DNA from: Bacteroidia bacterium
GTDB lineage: Bacteria; Bacteroidota; Bacteroidia; Bacteroidales; Paludibacteraceae
Assembly (NCBI GenBank): GCA_009929445.1
Contig: SAAL01000001.1
Location: 13,885-77,884, forward strand
DNA length: 64,000 nt
Reading direction: 5' to 3'
In this document: piece by piece, positions 62,005 to 64,000 of the stretch
How the letters are laid out: the number at the start of each line of letters is the position of its first letter
Numbering within the stretch: position 1 is the first letter of the stretch
The notes under the pieces: model-generated
Told to the model about the DNA's origin: nothing
Database searches by the model: none
What the model saw: only the letters and a program-made list of their open reading frames with translations
Position numbers and translations under genes: made by a program

Positions 62005-64000
62005 ATGGAACTTTCAAGCAAATACAATCCCGCAGAGGTAGAAGACAAATGGTATCAATACTGGTTAGACAATGGATTTTTCCATTCTGAGCCTGACGAA
62101 CGCGAACCTTACACCATCGTCATCCCACCGCCCAATGTTACGGGAGTACTGCACATGGGTCACATGCTCAACAATACCATTCAGGATGTGCTCGTTCGCC
62201 GCGCCCGAATGCAGGGCAAAAACGCCTGCTGGGTTCCCGGTACCGACCACGCTTCCATTGCCACCGAAGCAAAAGTTGTGGCTCGTCTGGCTGAAAAAGG
62301 GATCAAAAAAACCGACCTTTCTCGCGATGAGTTTTTGAAACACGCCTGGGACTGGACACACGAACACGGCGGAATTATCCTGGAACAGCTGAAAAAACTC
62401 GGCGCCTCCTGCGACTGGGAACGCACAGCCTTCACGATGGACGAAATTCGTTCTGAAAGCGTGATTAAAGTTTTCTGCGATTTGCACGAAAAAGGCTTGA
62501 TTTACCGTGGTGTACGGATGGTTAACTGGGATCCAAAAGCACTTACAGCCATTTCCGACGAAGAAGTTATTCACAAAGAAGTGAATGGAAAGTTGTACTA
62601 TTTGCGTTATAAAATTGTAGAAAGCCCCTCCACCCCCCAAGAGGGGGATTCTGGTAGCTACGGCTATCAGACTTCGAAAAGTGGAAGTTACGAATTACTA
62701 AAAGAAAACGCTAAAGTAATGCGTAGCTTTTCAACAGATGCTGAAAGTGCACTTTGGCAAATGCTTCGTGGGAAAAATTTAGGTGATAAATTCAGAAGAC
62801 AACACATCGTAGGTGAGTATATTGTTGATTTTGTATGTTTGACTAAAAAATTGATTGTTGAAGTTGATGGAAAATATCATGATACTCCTGAAATGCAAGA
62901 GGCTGATAATTTCAGAACAAATTATCTGAATTCATTGGGTTTTAATGTGATTCGTTTTACAAATGAAGAGGTAATTGGAGATACTGAAAGTGTGCTCAAT
63001 AAGATTGAAAACGCACTTCAAATCCCCCCTTCGGGGGGTGGGGGGGCTTTTGTTGTCATTGCAACTACGCGTCCCGAAACGATAATGGGCGACACGGCTA
63101 TGTGTATTCACCCTGAAAACCCGAAAACGGCACATTTGAAAGGTAAAAGAGTGATTGTTCCGCTTATCAACCGTGTAATTCCTGTGATTGAAGATGAGTA
63201 CGTGGATATGGAATTTGGAACGGGATGCCTGAAAGTTACTCCGGCGCACGATGTGAACGACTACGTATTGGGCGAAAAATACAACCTGCCTTCCATCGAT
63301 ATTTTCAATGAAGACGGCACGCTCAACGAGCACGGAGCGATGTATGCCGGAATGGATCGTTTTGAGGTTCGCAGGAAAATAGTGAAAGACCTGGAAGAAG
63401 CCGGACTCATGGAAAAAATCGAAGATTACACCAACAAAGTGGGTTATTCCGAACGTACCGATGTGCCTATCGAGCCCAAACTTTCGATGCAGTGGTTTCT
63501 GAAAATGAGCGATTTAGCTAAGCCGGCACTTGATAATGTGGAAAACGACACGGTGAAATTTCACCCCGAAAAATACAAAAACACCTACCGCTACTGGATG
63601 GAAAACATCAAAGACTGGAACATCAGCCGTCAACTTTGGTGGGGACATCGCATCCCGGCGTGGTATGTAGCCCCCTCTAACTCCCCCGCAGGGGGAGAAA
63701 TTCCCGAAGATTTTCCCGTACAAGGAAATCAATACGTAGTGGCCGAGAATGAAGAAAAAGCGCGTGAAATCGCACTTTTGAAGTTTCCCTCTCTGGGAGG
63801 TTTCAGGGGAGGCTTTTCACTACGACAGGACGAGGATTGCCTCGACACCTGGTTCTCATCCTGGCTATGGCCTATTTCTGTTTTTGATGGAATAAAGAAT
63901 CCGGAGAATAAAGATATCAGGTATTATTATCCGACTAACGATTTGGTTACAGCACCCGAAATTTTGTTTTTCTGGGTGGCACGTATGATTATTGCCGGGT
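62005..64000 (+). CDS. valS: valine-tRNA ligase (5' part; continues beyond the window) carrying four in-frame repeat units and a DUF559 module
   Basis: Hand translation from ATG 62005 is open to position 64000. It gives [33 protein letters not shown] (HIGH motif), [37 protein letters not shown] and [10 protein letters not shown]. It is absent from the ORF track because it lacks a stop in the window. Confidence 0.95.
   Translation, partial: MELSSKYNPAEVEDKWYQYWLDNGFFHSEPDEREPYTIVIPPPNVTGVLHMGHMLNNTIQDVLVRRARMQGKNACWVPGTDHASIATEAKVVARLAEKGIKKTDLSRDEFLKHAWDWTHEHGGIILEQLKKLGASCDWERTAFTMDEIRSESVIKVFCDLHEKGLIYRGVRMVNWDPKALTAISDEEVIHKEVNGKLYYLRYKIVESPSTPQEGDSGSYGYQTSKSGSYELLKENAKVMRSFSTDAESALWQMLRGKNLGDKFRRQHIVGEYIVDFVCLTKKLIVEVDGKYHDTPEMQEADNFRTNYLNSLGFNVIRFTNEEVIGDTESVLNKIENALQIPPSGGGGAFVVIATTRPETIMGDTAMCIHPENPKTAHLKGKRVIVPLINRVIPVIEDEYVDMEFGTGCLKVTPAHDVNDYVLGEKYNLPSIDIFNEDGTLNEHGAMYAGMDRFEVRRKIVKDLEEAGLMEKIEDYTNKVGYSERTDVPIEPKLSMQWFLKMSDLAKPALDNVENDTVKFHPEKYKNTYRYWMENIKDWNISRQLWWGHRIPAWYVAPSNSPAGGEIPEDFPVQGNQYVVAENEEKAREIALLKFPSLGGFRGGFSLRQDEDCLDTWFSSWLWPISVFDGIKNPENKDIRYYYPTNDLVTAPEILFFWVARMIIAG
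62624..63047 (+). mobile_element. Inverted-repeat-bounded cassette (~423 nt) carrying the DUF559 module, inserted in frame in valS
   Basis: The left unit is 62624-62649, GCCCCTCCACCCCCCAAGAGGGGGAT. The right unit is 63022-63047, whose reverse complement is GCCCCCCCACCCCCCGAAGGGGGGAT. By hand count the core is ~33% GC (62701-63000) against ~55% in 62161-62220. Boundaries are +/-2 nt. Confidence 0.75.
62689..63018 (+). other. DUF559 / Vsr-like PD-(D/E)xK nuclease module translated in frame inside valS
   Basis: [110 protein letters not shown] matches the DUF559 pattern as I recall it (LW..LR...G.KFRRQ..IG.YI.DF.C...KL.IE.DG..H ... G..V.RF.N.EV). There is an internal ATG at 62719 and no own stop codon. 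Confidence 0.8.
63670..63697 (+). repeat. GC-rich repeat unit inside valS, in frame
   Basis: GCCCCCTCTAACTCCCCCGCAGGGGGAG, translated as [10 protein letters not shown], right after GHRIPAWYV. Confidence 0.8.
63787..63813 (-). repeat. Degenerate GC-rich repeat unit inside valS, in frame
   Basis: CCCTCTCTGGGAGGTTTCAGGGGAGGC, translated as PSLGGFRGG, just before [10 protein letters not shown]. It resembles the unit at 24249-24277. Confidence 0.6.

Noticed and set aside
62624-63047. Intein, or an intron-encoded homing endonuclease, as the explanation for the valS insert.
   Set aside because: The junctions (KIVE|SPSTPQ ... GGGGA|FVVIATT) lack the intein signature: an N-terminal Cys/Ser/Thr nucleophile and a C-terminal His-Asn followed by Cys/Ser/Thr. 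No Hint-domain blocks are visible. The insert is stop-free and in frame, which an intron would not require. RNA-level removal cannot be excluded from sequence alone.
62065-63333. Minus-strand ORFs at 62065-62640 (191 aa) and 62932-63333 (133 aa) that could be read as separate genes around the valS insert.
   Set aside because: The plus-strand frame is continuously open and encodes textbook ValRS motifs plus the DUF559 module. The antisense translations are featureless.

Overview
This 64 kb window is chromosomal DNA, almost certainly from a member of the Bacteroidota. Supporting signs are gldJ- and gldH-like lipoprotein genes, a holB-PSP1-gldH arrangement, TAnnTTTG -7 boxes upstream of many genes, and no obvious Shine-Dalgarno use. 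It is densely packed with about 53 housekeeping genes: thiL, rpiB, purD, folP-cdaA, asnS, korAB, birA, dacB, pdxB, folB, pyrG, carAB, dxr, rseP, holB, trmB, mrp, fmt, cysK, metY, pdxH, lpxK, sppA, trxA, recO and valS, among others. I found no rRNA genes, tRNA genes, CRISPR arrays or classical IS elements.

The unusual content is a dispersed family of 23-66 nt GC-rich repeat units, with at least 24 copies. Each unit has a C-run, AA, a second C-run, a 3-4 nt loop and a G-run, for example GCCCCCCAACCCCCTAAAGGGGGAG. Most copies occur as inverted pairs bracketing AT-rich DNA. They lie at gene ends and also in frame inside essential genes.
- One pair forms the whole linker of a fused carA-carB ORF.
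- Another pair sits inside carB.
- Four units lie inside valS.
- Repeat units (plus element interior in one case) supply the C-terminal codons of rpiB, birA, pyrG and a DUF3267 gene.

The most striking case is in valS. An inverted pair there brackets an AT-rich, in-frame, stop-free module of about 370 nt encoding a complete DUF559 (Vsr-like PD-(D/E)xK) nuclease domain, just before the ATTRPET editing-domain motif. This nuclease-flanked-by-its-own-repeats layout resembles REP/RAYT systems, but with a different nuclease family, and the in-frame tolerance resembles Rickettsia palindromic elements. All homology calls are from motif recognition by eye. No database search was run.
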